This document shows, in pieces, positions 33,363 to 45,392 of a DNA stretch of 64,000 bases. The stretch spans positions 307,005 through 371,004 of the forward strand of contig NMRA01000138.1 of NCBI GenBank assembly GCA_002633005.1. Direction: 5' to 3'. The notes below the pieces were generated by a model that was not told the origin of the DNA, did no database searches, and saw only the letters and a program-made list of their open reading frames with translations. This stretch comes from Phoronis australis (lineage: Eukaryota > Animalia > Phoronida). Made by a program: the position numbers and the translations under genes. The stretch's first letter is position 1. Every line of letters starts with the position of its first letter.

Positions 33363-36300
33363 GCACGTCAGTTTTATCATTTCTTCACTAAACTAAGCAG
33401 TAGACAGTGATCACCGTCTGTAGCTGGCCCAGTAGAGACAGTGAAGCTCCCATATAGAAGCTTCATAAGCTCGTCTTATGCCTCACACATCAAAGCCACT
33501 TTGTTATAAGTAGTTTTTGTGCATAGACGGACATTTTAGGGGACTTCAATGTCTTTAAGGCCGTCCATCTCAGACAAATACTCCCATTTTTGTAATCAAA
33601 CTTTTTCTTCGAGGAGTCCTTTGTGCAGTTGCCATGTCAATTTTTAACCTTGCAAATGCAGCAGGTGGTATTGGATGTCATATCTCTTGCGCTGTGTAAA
33701 AGTGGACAGTTTCCGATTTTGGGAACTGAACAAAGGACTGCGCGAAGAAAAAGTTTGGGAGTAATTGTTTGAGTTGGAAGGATCATTAAGTTTAAAGACA
33801 TCGGCAGCCTCTTTAGGTGTCCGTCTATGCACAAAAGGTACTTAAAACAATATGACTTTGATGTTTTAATAAGTGTAAGGCATAATTTGCCGAAAAGCCT
33901 TTGTCTCTACTGGCCAGCTAGAGATGGTAGTCACTGCATGTTTAGCCAAGAGGCAATTGCCACTTGGTAAGTGATTTAAAGAGGCTTTATATAGCTGCAT
34001 GTCACTCCCAGAAGTCACGTGTCACAGTACTTCTCTCCAACAGATCAAGCGTGCTGCCAGCCCCGAGGTGGGCCACGTCTCTGGTCTGAGTTTCCACTGC
34101 AGTTGTTGGAGCCTGACTCCAGACTGCCCCAAGAGGTGTGGTGACACCCCTATAGGTTTGCTGACATCCTGTGTGTTCTTCTGTTCTTGGACACCACTTG
34201 AGTTGACTCTTATCAGAATTTTTTTCAGAATTGATTACTCGAAATCGTTTTGAGTGACGTCAATGAGTACTGGTATGACTGGAGGTACGATCAGGAACTC
34301 AACAGACGACATTGTGAGAATGAGAGTGGATCAAACCATTGTTAAAACTGTCTGGCTTTTGGCGAGATTGTCCCGCTTTTTGAAAGTGTCCTATGTTCAG
34401 CCACAATATCAATTTTTGACATGTGATGATATTCAGACAATGACGCCATTGTGTGAACGCAAATTGCTTTCATGCTTTTGCACACTAAATACCCTACTTC
34501 CTGTTCCATTTTCGTGCATGACTAGAAAAGAGAAAAATGTTGGCATGGTGTTTTTGAGTGTTTTTAAAGGCTTAAGAATTTTCGTTGTCATTACTAATTG
34601 GGCTTGAGTCGCAGGCCGTCATGTTATTTAAGCAAATATTTTGCTTTGGTGACATAGAATTCTAATGCTAATGAAATGAAAGTGTGTGGACAGAGGGACA
34701 TTTGCCGAAATTGACTGAATAAGGATGTTTATAAGTGATGGAGAAAGCAGCCTGTCTTTAGACAACAATGCTCATGTCACCCTTGACGAGGTGCATTGTT
34801 AGCTTAATTAACAGTCTGACTTGACCTGTTAACATTTTGGTAATTCGTAATTTTGTTGTAGGCAGAGATTGGTGTTGAGTTTGGTCCTAGCGAAGTCAGA
34901 AAAATGGGAATTGAACAACGTCTGAAAAGTGTTGGTAAAGAAAATATATAATTTCTTATGTACAACTTCTTTCCCTTTTTAAACTCTTGCCATGAGTTTT
35001 ATGTGCTCATTATTGGACATTTCATCATCCAATAAAATCACAACTCCATGGATCAGAATCTTAGTTGCTTGCCTAGCACCCTTGTTGATGTGTCTTTAAT
35101 TACAAATTGCTGTTTGTCTGGATGTTATGTGCATTTTTTGATGTTGTGAATACAGGACATATATATTTGAATCAAGTTCTGAAGAGATTTCTTTTTATTG
35201 ATGAGTTTAGAAACCTGTGAGCATGAATATAAACTCATGTATTGAGTAAATTTCATCCAAAGCTAGGTTTCCGCTATTTTAGAAAATGGAAACTTGGATA
35301 GATAGATATTGGTTTCATTAAAAAAGATAAAAAAACACCATAGCACGATAGCAGAATCATCATGTATTTCATCATGTTTAATATTAAATTAAGTTTTGAA
35401 AAAGTCATGGAAGTTACGTTCCTTTTGAATATCACGTTTTGACCTTTTCAAATAATGGATTATACTCTTAAGTCCTGTGTCTTAATGTTGTAGGCTTGAA
35501 TGTGTTTGACTATGGAGACATAGATGTTTGTGTGGAACGAGATGACTTTCCTGTTCATGGTGCCAAGTTTCCAAGGACTGTTGGCAAGACTGTAGAGAAG
35601 GCAAGCACTTCATATAGTATTCATATGTCAGTCATGTGCTGTACTGGCTGCCAGTACCAAATCACATTTTCAGAATATTTTTCGAAACCTTATTTTATTA
35701 GGTGAACTAAATTTTGATTTCATTATTGCTTCAGATCACTGATATCTTCGAAATTTATATCTTCTGTTGTTCTAAAGAAATTTATGTAGACTGAACATTG
35801 CTGTTACTAGGGCCTTTTGGTGTCAATTTTCTGTTTTGTAGTGGAAATTCCTTTGCATTAAAAATTTGCTTTCTTTTGTCACTTATGAGTAGAAATTACT
35901 CTTGACCCTGCTGCAAGGTAAATTGTTGGTATTTCATTTTTTTTGTTTTAATTACACATAGCTTCTGTCCTTGGCTAAGTGGTTCATCAAACATCATTAC
36001 ATTCACTATATTTCTTGAATTAAAACAGCAGAGGGCATTTCTACACTTTCCTGTTGCAGTTGTCCAATCACGTCTATGAGATCATTAAACAAGACAAGAG
36101 AGTTCCATTGGTCATAGGCGGCGACCATAGCATGGGAATTGGTTCCATTTATGGTCACATGATGGCTGAAGAGAACGTATGCATCATTTGGGTGGACGCC
36201 CACGCAGACATTAACACTCCCCTGACATCTCCCTCAGGCAACATTCACGGCATGCCGCTTTCATTTCTTATGCATGAGCTTCAGGAGTACATGCCTCAAA

Positions 36301-39300
36301 TTCCTGGCTTTGACTGGTTAAAACCATGGTGAGTATTGATTGTTAGCTGGGCTTTGATTGGTTAAAACCATGGTGAGTATTGATTGTTAGCTGGGCTTTG
36401 ATTGGTTAAAACCATAGTGAGTATTGATTGTTAGCTGGGCATTGATTTCATGAAATTGCTGTGAGTTCTGATTGTTTACTAAATTTTGATTCCATGATGT
36501 CATGGTAACAGTTCCAATGTGTTCTAGGCTGTGATTGGTTGGCACTGTGGTTGAGTGGTAAAGATTAACCCAGTAATGGTTGGATTTCATTGTTTGGGGT
36601 GGCACTCAACATTTTTGCTGGTATTGGGCCTTGGAAAAACCAGGTCCAGACAGCTCCACCTCCCTGTTGGCACATGATGGACGAAATTTGAGTATGAAGA
36701 GCATACTGGACCAAAAACCTTGCACAGAATCCAAGAATTTTGACTGTCAAAACCCTCCAGATTATAGAAATCAGCTGACGAGTGGATAACGATCAGATGT
36801 TTCTTTAGTGTCTTCTCTGAAGGGTACCTGAATTTCTTGCTAAACTTTCTGCTTCCTGGTAGTTAAGGTTTAAGAGGTCAACAGCTATCATTATTTTAAT
36901 CAGAGCAAGCTCAAAAGTCAACCAAATGTCACTTGTAGTTTCACATGTAGTTCAAAACTCAAACTGCTTATCAACACAGCAGCCGCCAATTTCTACTGAA
37001 TGTGGGGTGAGGTATATTTAACCATGGCTCAGAAAAATTATTGAGTGCCACCAAAGACCATAAGTTTCTGAGTAAGTGGAATTGTGGTATAGGGTAATAA
37101 TTGGGATTTGAATGTGTGAAACTTTCAAATTATCTGGGATTTATCTGGGTAAACTTGTAGTGCTGAGATTTTTTATCACAAACCAATTTGAATTCCTGGT
37201 GTTAAATGCACTTTGAATAAAACTATAATCAGGAATATCGAATGGATGAAGGGTGTTGTGAGTACTGATAGTGGATTGGATTTTGGCACCAATTATGGAC
37301 CTTGCTGATTTTGATTTGGTGAAGCAACAGAATTCAAAGCTTAGACTAACAAAACAAATTCATCATGGTGTCATGAAGGGATTTCTGAATTCTTCATTTT
37401 TCTATTTTTGTGAATCTAATTTCTTACAATGTAATCAGTCCTTCCCAAATGCGTAAGGACTTCTGAATCACTTATGAAATAAACACTCTCATTATGTTTT
37501 GCTCTTCATCAACTCTGTCTGTTTTTTAAGTTTTTCAGCAAAAAAAGACATTGCATTTATTGGATTACGTGACGTGGATCAGGCCGAAGCCTACATGCTT
37601 GAAAACTTTGGCATGGCAGCTTTTTCCATGCAAGACATTGATCGATATGGTATCAATGAAGTACTAAAGAAGGCACTGGAAGCTGTAAATCCTAAGTAAG
37701 AGTGTAGTTCACGGGTGAGAAACAACATGACCGCCGGTCCTCTAAATCGGACCGACTCACCCAAACAGGACTGACGCACCTAAAAACATGACCGTCCCAC
37801 CACAAAACAGGACTGACGCACCTAAAAACATGACCGCCCCACCACAAAACAGGACCGCCGGGGACTGAGTAGTTAAGGCCTTTGTGTGATACTGCGGGTT
37901 ATGACGTAACCGGTCAGATAGCTGTGTAAAGACTATCGCCAAAATAAAGCTTGACAGCCTTGCGTTATTGAGCTCCGTTACATCCCCGACATTGCCCACA
38001 GCCCGGGTAGTTCTGCTCGTCACCTCGTCGTGNNNNNNNNNNNNNNNNNNNNNNNNNNNNNNNNNNNNNNNNNNNNNNNNNNNNNNNNNNNNNNNNNNNN
38101 NNNNNNNNNNNNNNNNNNNNNNNNNNNNNNNNNNNNNNNNNNNNNNNNNNNNNNNNNNNNNNTTATGCAGTGGATAAAATTATAATTATTTAGCTCAAAA
38201 GCGTACAACGAGGTTGTTTTGTGTTAGATTTATTAAATGTTGACCTTTCAACTGTTTATAAGTCACATACCGCAGCCGGGAGCCTGGTGATGAGTAAAAC
38301 TCAAAAGCGCCGCGTATTACAAAGCGAAGTGTCCTTTGTTGCTCACAAAAGATTTCGGTGGATTAATCGGCACAAGACCTGCATATGCATACGTATATAG
38401 CCCCATTGTATGATCTGTGTAGGCCTAACGGTAATAAATCTTAGCCTGTTAGTTATTGCGGTTTTAGTCCCCGGCGGTCCTGTTTTGTGGTGGGGCGGTC
38501 ATGTTTTTGGGTGCGTCAGTCCCATTTTCTGGTGCGGCGGTCCCATTTGATCCCCGGAGGTCCTGTTTAGAGGACCGGCGGTCATGTTGTTTCTCACCCG
38601 TGTAGTTGTAATAACCAATAGATTGGCATTTAACTTGTTTTACATTTTAATTACAATCCATGCATTCCAATTTCATTGCATTTTTACTAAAAAGTATATC
38701 CATTTCTAGATCTTGTAAATATCTGTGGTGAACATGCTCTTCAAAGGAGATTCCTTCTTCACAACTGGTTTTATCTCCACATTCTCTCAGGCACAGCTTC
38801 TATTGTGAGTTAGTGATGCATATAATTAGCTGGTAAGCCATGCTGGAAACTATGTTCCAATGAATAGCTAAGGCTAGGTTTTTAGTAACAAAATCGCTAT
38901 TACTTGACCAATTTGGAAAAATTCAAGAACCCCCGTAGTCTAATTTTTACTCCTTTATTCATATTTTACGGTTTCCATTGGTTTTCATGTCCCAAAAAGA
39001 AAGTGGAAAAATACAGTATAGAAGTTTTCAAGACCTATTTAGATGTGATCTGATAGGAAACAGTAATTACCCTCACTATATGACCCAGTGAATAGAATCA
39101 CTCTATTGGTGACTAGCTCCCTAGTAAGATTGGAATGTGAACTAGTGTGGCTGACCACCTGACATAGGAAATATTTCTCCAAACCGATCCTTATCTCATT
39201 TAAAGTGCTTAAAGAGTTCCCACCATGACTCTGTGTCTCAAAAAGAATTTTTTTAATGCATCTTCAGAGATTTAATAGCCTTTAGTATACCTGTTGGTAA

Positions 39301-42300
39301 GAAAGAAGCCAAAAATTTTAAGAAAGTATTTTCTGTTGTCGAGGTTGTATGTAATGGGTGGAAGACTGTCTCTGTTGTTGTTTTTTTTACCAGTGCAATA
39401 CTCAGGAGTTGTGAGGATGGTGGGCAGCCGCCTTGTTCAGACACGAAAAGTTGTGTTTGTGGAGGCTGTAGTAACAGCAACTTGACTGAGAACTTCCCTT
39501 GTATTCAAATTACTAAATACGTGAAAGCTACCCAGAAATTGCATCGGTTTGTGAGTCGTACGAGAGTGTGGAATGGCAGTATGGAACATGTGATTCAGTC
39601 GTGAGCCATACTTTGTTCGAATTGATTGTCGGATTCTTTGAGTACTTGAGAGTGATGTCCATATCCACTCTCTTCTCAGCCGGCATACTAATTGTCCAGT
39701 TCTCACTCAAAATCGTCCTTGTCTTTTGATCTGCTGTGTTTTGCCATTACAATTGATTGTCAAGGGACCAAACATCTTCCACCCATTACATCATTTGGCG
39801 GGAAACTTGGAAAAAACACCTTTTTTCTTAAAAATTAAATTCACTACTGTTTGGCATCAAAAGTGCTTAGTTAGATTTATGGTATTTATTTCGTACCAGC
39901 TAACTGAAACCTTAAAAACTAAGAAAATGCATCATGGGAACTCTTTAAAACCACCATTTACCTTATTCTGACAAGTGAATACAATGTCAGCCACACTACC
40001 CTGAATAATATGCTTACAAGTCACGCATTTCTAAAGATATGTGGGAATTTTAACCTCTCGTCCTTCTGAGCGGCTTTTACCAGTATCAAAGAGAACACGG
40101 CGCCCGAGTCGCATAAAGTTGTGATGATCGCATTGTCCGGTGCGAGCAAGACCCAATTAAGTGTAACTACCCAACCATTCTACCTGTACATTGTACTGGC
40201 AAATTTTCAAAATGCATTAACCAATAATTTTTGTTAAAAAAGAACACCACAGTGGTATTCACCTGGAAAACAACAACAAAATATAGTTATCGATTAATAT
40301 CAAGTAATAAGCTAAAAACTACAAACATTGGGTACGATTGAAGATAAACGATGTTGCGTATTGATATACTTGGTGGATTTACAAACGCTGATCACATGGA
40401 TTATTGTTTTAATATTCTTTCCATCTTGTTTAACCTGATTTTTGACTAGGAAACAGTATGTTGTACTTAACTTCTGCTCACTCTTTATTACTTATTATTG
40501 ACAAAAAGCGAGAATAGTTAATGTATTCATTGTTCAGAAATTTCAATTCAAGTGTTCAGTTTGGCTATCACCATATTTGCACTTTTGTATGTAATTTTAT
40601 GATTTGAGTTCCAATAAAGATTAAATTTGAACTAATGACGGGTGTATTTTTGTTTGCTGTGAAATGTTTACTGTAGATGTAATCTGGAAAGTTGCCAGTT
40701 TTATAAAAGTTTTTGAAAAGTGTTATTCACTAAACAGTGCGACCTTTTTACATGCTCACGCCTGTAGGTGATTGTGACGTCATGTCCATGTTGAGGAACT
40801 GACTTAGAGAATGTCATTTTAATTCTATAATTCACTGTTCTCTTACATGTGATGTATCCAGTGGGTTGTCAAGAGGTTCGTTTCCTCTGCTTGACCAATT
40901 TTGTATTGCTAAACAGTGGAGGAATGTAAAGTGCTCCATGTCTGTGGATTGTCATACATCTCTCTGGCTGGTGATCTTTTCTTGTCAGTTGTTTATTACA
41001 CAAGCTTTGCTTTTTTCACAGCATGGATCGACCAATCCACCTGAGTTTTGATATCGACGCCCTCGGACCATCCGTGGCGCCAAGTACGGGCACACCTGTG
41101 CCGGGAGGTATGACTTTGAGAGAAGGACTGTTCATTGCAGAGGAGATAGGGCAAACAGGTAAGTTCACTGTTGCTCAGGAGGAGGGCAAAAGAGTAGAAC
41201 TGGCAGATGGGCTGTGCGAGTCCGTTGTCAAGTCTGTAACCACCAAACTTTACTTTAGAATCAACTTGACCAATCATATTGTGTGAAGCAGAGCATGTGG
41301 TACGTCAGTTTTGTGAGCCTGAGTCTTAAGTAAAGCTACATTAGCTTTAGGTGTTACGTGGGTCTTTGATGTCAGCATTTCTGATGAATGATTTCTGACC
41401 ATTTGGGTTTTGTGAAATTTAAGTGTTTTCCTATCAATGTGGCAAGAAATAGTGTCCACTTTTGGAGGGGTCTGACTCAGTCCTGCCATTCTTCCTTGAG
41501 GCAATGTCAGTTTACCTCTGCATCTTCAGCATTTGTGGACAGATTTTCATGAAGTTTTTTAAATAAGTTTATATTAATTTAAGGTGACGACGTCGTATTT
41601 CTACTTTTGGATGGATTGTAATAGCCATTTTCATTATTTATGAGTCTACTGTTTTGGAGTTCGCTTCTCCATCTGCATGAAAATTAAAAACGATCTGTTT
41701 TCTGTGGCACCCGCTAGTGTCAATTTTATTTATTTTGCGCCTGAAGCTATGCAGATTTTTTGTGAAATTTGGCATTACGTGTTTTTTTCTAAGACCACGG
41801 CTTACATTGATTTTGTGTGGGTATGACCCCTGATGTGTCTGCTGGTGGCAATTTGTTTTTTTTTTACTTCCACAGAATCATTGCTAAATTTATTAAGTGT
41901 GTTCCTATATGAGCAAGGTCACAAATGGATCTGACTACCACTGTGCCTTGTAGTGGTAACTCTCTTTGTTTGCATTTGCCTCGAGTTCATGGATGGATTT
42001 TCATGAAATTTGGCAAATGCATTTCTGTTAGGGAGGTGACGAGGTCTTCTCATTTATATGCGCCCACATATTTATATGTGGATGCATTATGCCGTCATCT
42101 CCGTCCGTCCGGGCGGCGTCCGTCCGGCGTCCGCTGCTTTATCTCCAAAACCCTTTGACATACGTTCATGAAATTTGGCACATATGTTCCATTCATGAAT
42201 GGGACGGCATGTGCGAACTTTCGGATGGATCCGACTACCGGTGTGCCCCCTAGTGGCAATTTTAGTTTTTTACGCTTACCTTTGTATCTTCAAAAGNNNN

Positions 42301-44233
42301 NNNNNNNNNNNNNNNNNNNNNNNNNNNNNNNNNNNNNNNNNNNNNNNNNNNNNNNNNNNNNNNNNNNNNNNNNNNNNNNNNNNNNNNNNNNNNNNNNNNN
42401 NNNNNNNNNNNNNNNNNNNNNNNNNNNNNNNNNNNNNNNNNNNNNNNNNNNNNNNNNNNNNNNNNNNNNNNNNNNNNNNNNNNNNNNNNNNNNNNNNNNN
42501 NNNNNNNNNNNNNNNNNNNNNNNNNNNNNNNNNNNNNNNNNNNNNNNNNNNNNNNNNNNNNCCTAGTGGCAGTTTTGTTTTTTTTTTTTGCGCCCATGGC
42601 TGTATCTCCCAAACCGTTTGCAGGATCTTTACTAAATTTAGCAAGTGTATTTATGTGATGTTGACAGCGGACGATGACAACTTTTGGATGATTCTGACTA
42701 CCGGTATGCCTCTAGCGGCAATTTTAGTATTTGCCTCTAGTGGCAATTTTAGTATTTTACATTGACCTCTGTATTTTCATAGGTCTTCAGGTGTACACTT
42801 TGTGTTACTTCGTGACTATGAAGGAAAAGTTCCAAGTAGAAATTTGTTTCTGGCATTCTAATTCTGTGCTAATCTCGTATGTTGGTAAATTTGTTTTTAA
42901 TTCTATGTTTCTGTGGTGCTTTAAGCAACTGATGTATAGGATGTGTTTGTATTTGAAGATCACTCACATTTTGCCCCTAGCCTATTGAGACAATGACCAT
43001 GCCTTTCCATTTTGCAAAGTACAACATACTACATATATGCCCTCTACTGGCCACTTTATGGTACCAATAAACAACCCTAGAAGGATACCGTATACGGTGC
43101 AATTGTGGGCGCATTTCAACGCTCTGCGTTGCTCTTGTTTTAATGGGTTTGACATATTCTGTCACCTAGTGGCCGTTTTTATGGCACTCAACACCCCTAG
43201 CAGTATACAGTTTGTGGTGTTTGCTCTTGATATGCATTGCATCAGTGTTAATGTTTCAATCAGGTACTGATATTAGCGAATTGAATGTCTTAGAGGTATT
43301 GCAATTACATTTCTTGCCTTTTAGTTGCAAAATTATCTCCCCTTATCAGAACAAGAAGTCATCACAATACTGAACCATGCTGAGGCTCACAATGGCTTGA
43401 TGGATTGCCATATCCCAGCATCTTGTCATTAAAAGATATTGGTGGCAACATTGTCAATGTTTTATCATTTGGAAAGCGAAAAATAATGGGTCTGACAGAT
43501 TGGAGTAAATTTGGACGTTGACTCCGAAACAATCATCACGTACCCATCTGCTGTTTGACTTCTTGAAATTGAATCTGTAAAACCTAGCTGTTTGTCACAT
43601 CTGATAATTGTCTTGGATTAATTTGAGTGATGCTGTTACATGTTTTAAGAATCAAATTTGCGTTTGGTGCCATTCAAGGTGATTTTAAACAGGAGTTGTG
43701 TTCAGTGAGGCCATAGTAACGTCCGAGTTTGATGAGGTAACACTAGTGTTAGACAAAATCTCTCAAGTAAATACATGATTGTATGTTTTCCACCTTACTA
43801 GCATACACTAGTAAAAGTGGTGCCATTGTAAGTGATTGAACATCTACACTGTAATGTTCAATTCTGGGGAAACAGTTAAATGGACATTTACAATACTAAA
43901 AATTTCTGTTGTATAAGCTATGATTACTCGACATAAGTGTGTCACAGAAGCGAAACGTTTCTCACTGAATACGCCCCAGTATACATATTGGCCCACTACA
44001 TGGCCTTCCTTCAGTAAAAATCTTTGAATAATCTCTAACAACTTGTTTGCCCATCAGGTCTTTTGTCCGCCATGGATTTTGTTGAGCTGAACGTTCAACT
44101 GGCCCGCGACAGTCAACAACGGGACCTAACACTGACCACCGCCATTGACATTATGACGCACTGCTTTGGAGTAAAGAGGTATGGCAACTACTCACCAGAG
44201 TTCAAGCTGCCGAGGCCTGAAGTTTCAAAATGA
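33240..44233 (+). CDS. ARG: Arginase, with mitochondrial-type presequence (multi-exon)
   Basis: Exons 33240-33362, 34862-34934, 35494-35600, 36060-36328, 37531-37695, 41022-41158, 44058-44233. Mn-binding motifs [30 protein letters not shown] are intact. Confidence 0.93.
33401..33937. mobile_element. Fold-back MITE family C in arginase intron 1
   Basis: Left (33401-33635) and right (33720-33937) arms are imperfect inverted copies. Confidence 0.65.
34862..34934 (+). CDS. ARG: Arginase exon 2
   Basis: [24 protein letters not shown], 73 nt. Confidence 0.85.
35494..35600 (+). CDS. ARG: Arginase exon 3
   Basis: LNVFDYGDI...[12 protein letters not shown]; ends AAG|gcaagc (GC donor). Confidence 0.85.
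36060..36328 (+). CDS. ARG: Arginase exon 4
   Basis: [33 protein letters not shown]. Confidence 0.95.
36304..36445 (+). repeat. 44-bp tandem repeat x3 spanning the arginase exon 4 donor
   Basis: ctgggctttgattggttaaaaccatggtgagtattgattgttag repeated. Confidence 0.85.
37531..37695 (+). CDS. ARG: Arginase exon 5
   Basis: [14 protein letters not shown]...[11 protein letters not shown]. Confidence 0.93.
37710..38602. mobile_element. Non-autonomous DNA transposon with CAC termini and 5-bp TSD (Transib-like)
   Basis: 37-bp perfect TIR CACGGGTGAGAAACAACATGACCGCCGGTCCTCTAAA, flanking TAGTT duplication, inverted subterminal repeats; contains an N gap. Confidence 0.8.
41022..41158 (+). CDS. ARG: Arginase exon 6
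   Basis: [33 protein letters not shown]. Confidence 0.95.
41500..43140 (+). mobile_element. HINE family A copy (42053-43140, gapped) abutting an older remnant (41500-42045)
   Basis: Same termini and body as 5041-7033; N gap inside the tandem array. Confidence 0.8.
44058..44233 (+). CDS. ARG: Arginase terminal exon
   Basis: [12 protein letters not shown]...[23 protein letters not shown]. Confidence 0.9.
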
Positions 44234-44477
44234 TACTAGGGATTCTCAATATTTGGATGTTTGTATTGCAGTAAAACTCACATAAGTTGAACATGCACAT
44301 GGGGGATCTTGTTGCAGTTGGGCCTCACTTCAGCGAGTTTTACTGTAGCTGAACTGTGCAGTGTTGTTTGTTTGTTTCTGAGTGTCTGTGCTGCTAACAG
44401 TGGGGGTGTGTCAACCTCTCACTCAGTAAAGGTTGGTTTTTGGATGGAATGAGTGTGATAACTGAGACACATCTCGA

Positions 44478-45392
44478 GGGGGAGATACATTGGTGACGAC
44501 TGGGTACAGGTAGTGAGGTAGATACATTGGTGATGACTGGCCTGGGTACAGCTAGTGAGGTATATACATTGGTGACTACTGGGTACAGCTAGTGAGGTAT
44601 ATACATTGGTGACGACTGGGTACAGGTAGTGGGGTAGATACATTGATGACGACTGGGTACAGGTAGTGGGGTAGATACATTGGTGACGACTGGGTACAGG
44701 TAGTGAGGTAGATACATTGGTGATGACTGGCCTGGGTACAGCTAGTGAGGTATATACATTGGTGACTACTGGGTACAGCTAGTGAGGTATATACATTGGT
44801 GACGACTGGGTACAGGTAGTGGGGTAGATACATTGATGACGACTGGGTACAGGTAGTGGGGTAGATACATTGGTGACGACTGGGTACAGGTAGTGAGGTA
44901 GATACATTGGTGATGACTGGCCTGGGTACAGCTAGTGAGGTATATACATTGGTGACTACTGGGTACAGCTAGTGAGGTATATACATTGGTGACGACTGGG
45001 TACAGGTAGTGGGGTAGATACATTGATGACGACTGGGTACAGGTAGTGGGGTAGATACATTGGTGACGACTGGGTACAGGTAGTGAGGTAGATACATTGG
45101 TGATGACTGGCCTGGGTACAGCTAGTGAGGTATATACATTGGTGACTACTGGGTACAGCTAGTGAGGTATATACATTGGTGACGACTGGGTACAGGTAGT
45201 GGGGTAGATACATTGGTGACTACTGGGTACAGGTAGTGAGGTAGATACATTGGTGACGACTGGGTGCAGGTAGTGAGGTAGTTACATTGGTGACTACTGG
45301 GTACAGGTAGTGGGGGAGATACATTGGTGACTACTGGGTACAGGTAGTGAGGTAGATACATTGGTGACAACTGGGTACAGGTAGTGGGGGAG
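44478..45392. repeat. 37-bp minisatellite with 190-bp higher-order repeat
   Basis: Unit gtagatacattggtgacgactgggtacaggtagtgag; four 37-mers plus one 42-mer recur every 190 bp. Confidence 0.9.

Noticed and set aside
37968-38208. ORFs spanning N runs (also 42168-42765)
   Set aside because: Artefacts of assembly gaps.
44478-45392. CRISPR-like array or repetitive protein ORFs
   Set aside because: No unique spacers and a eukaryotic context; the ORFs are translations of a minisatellite.
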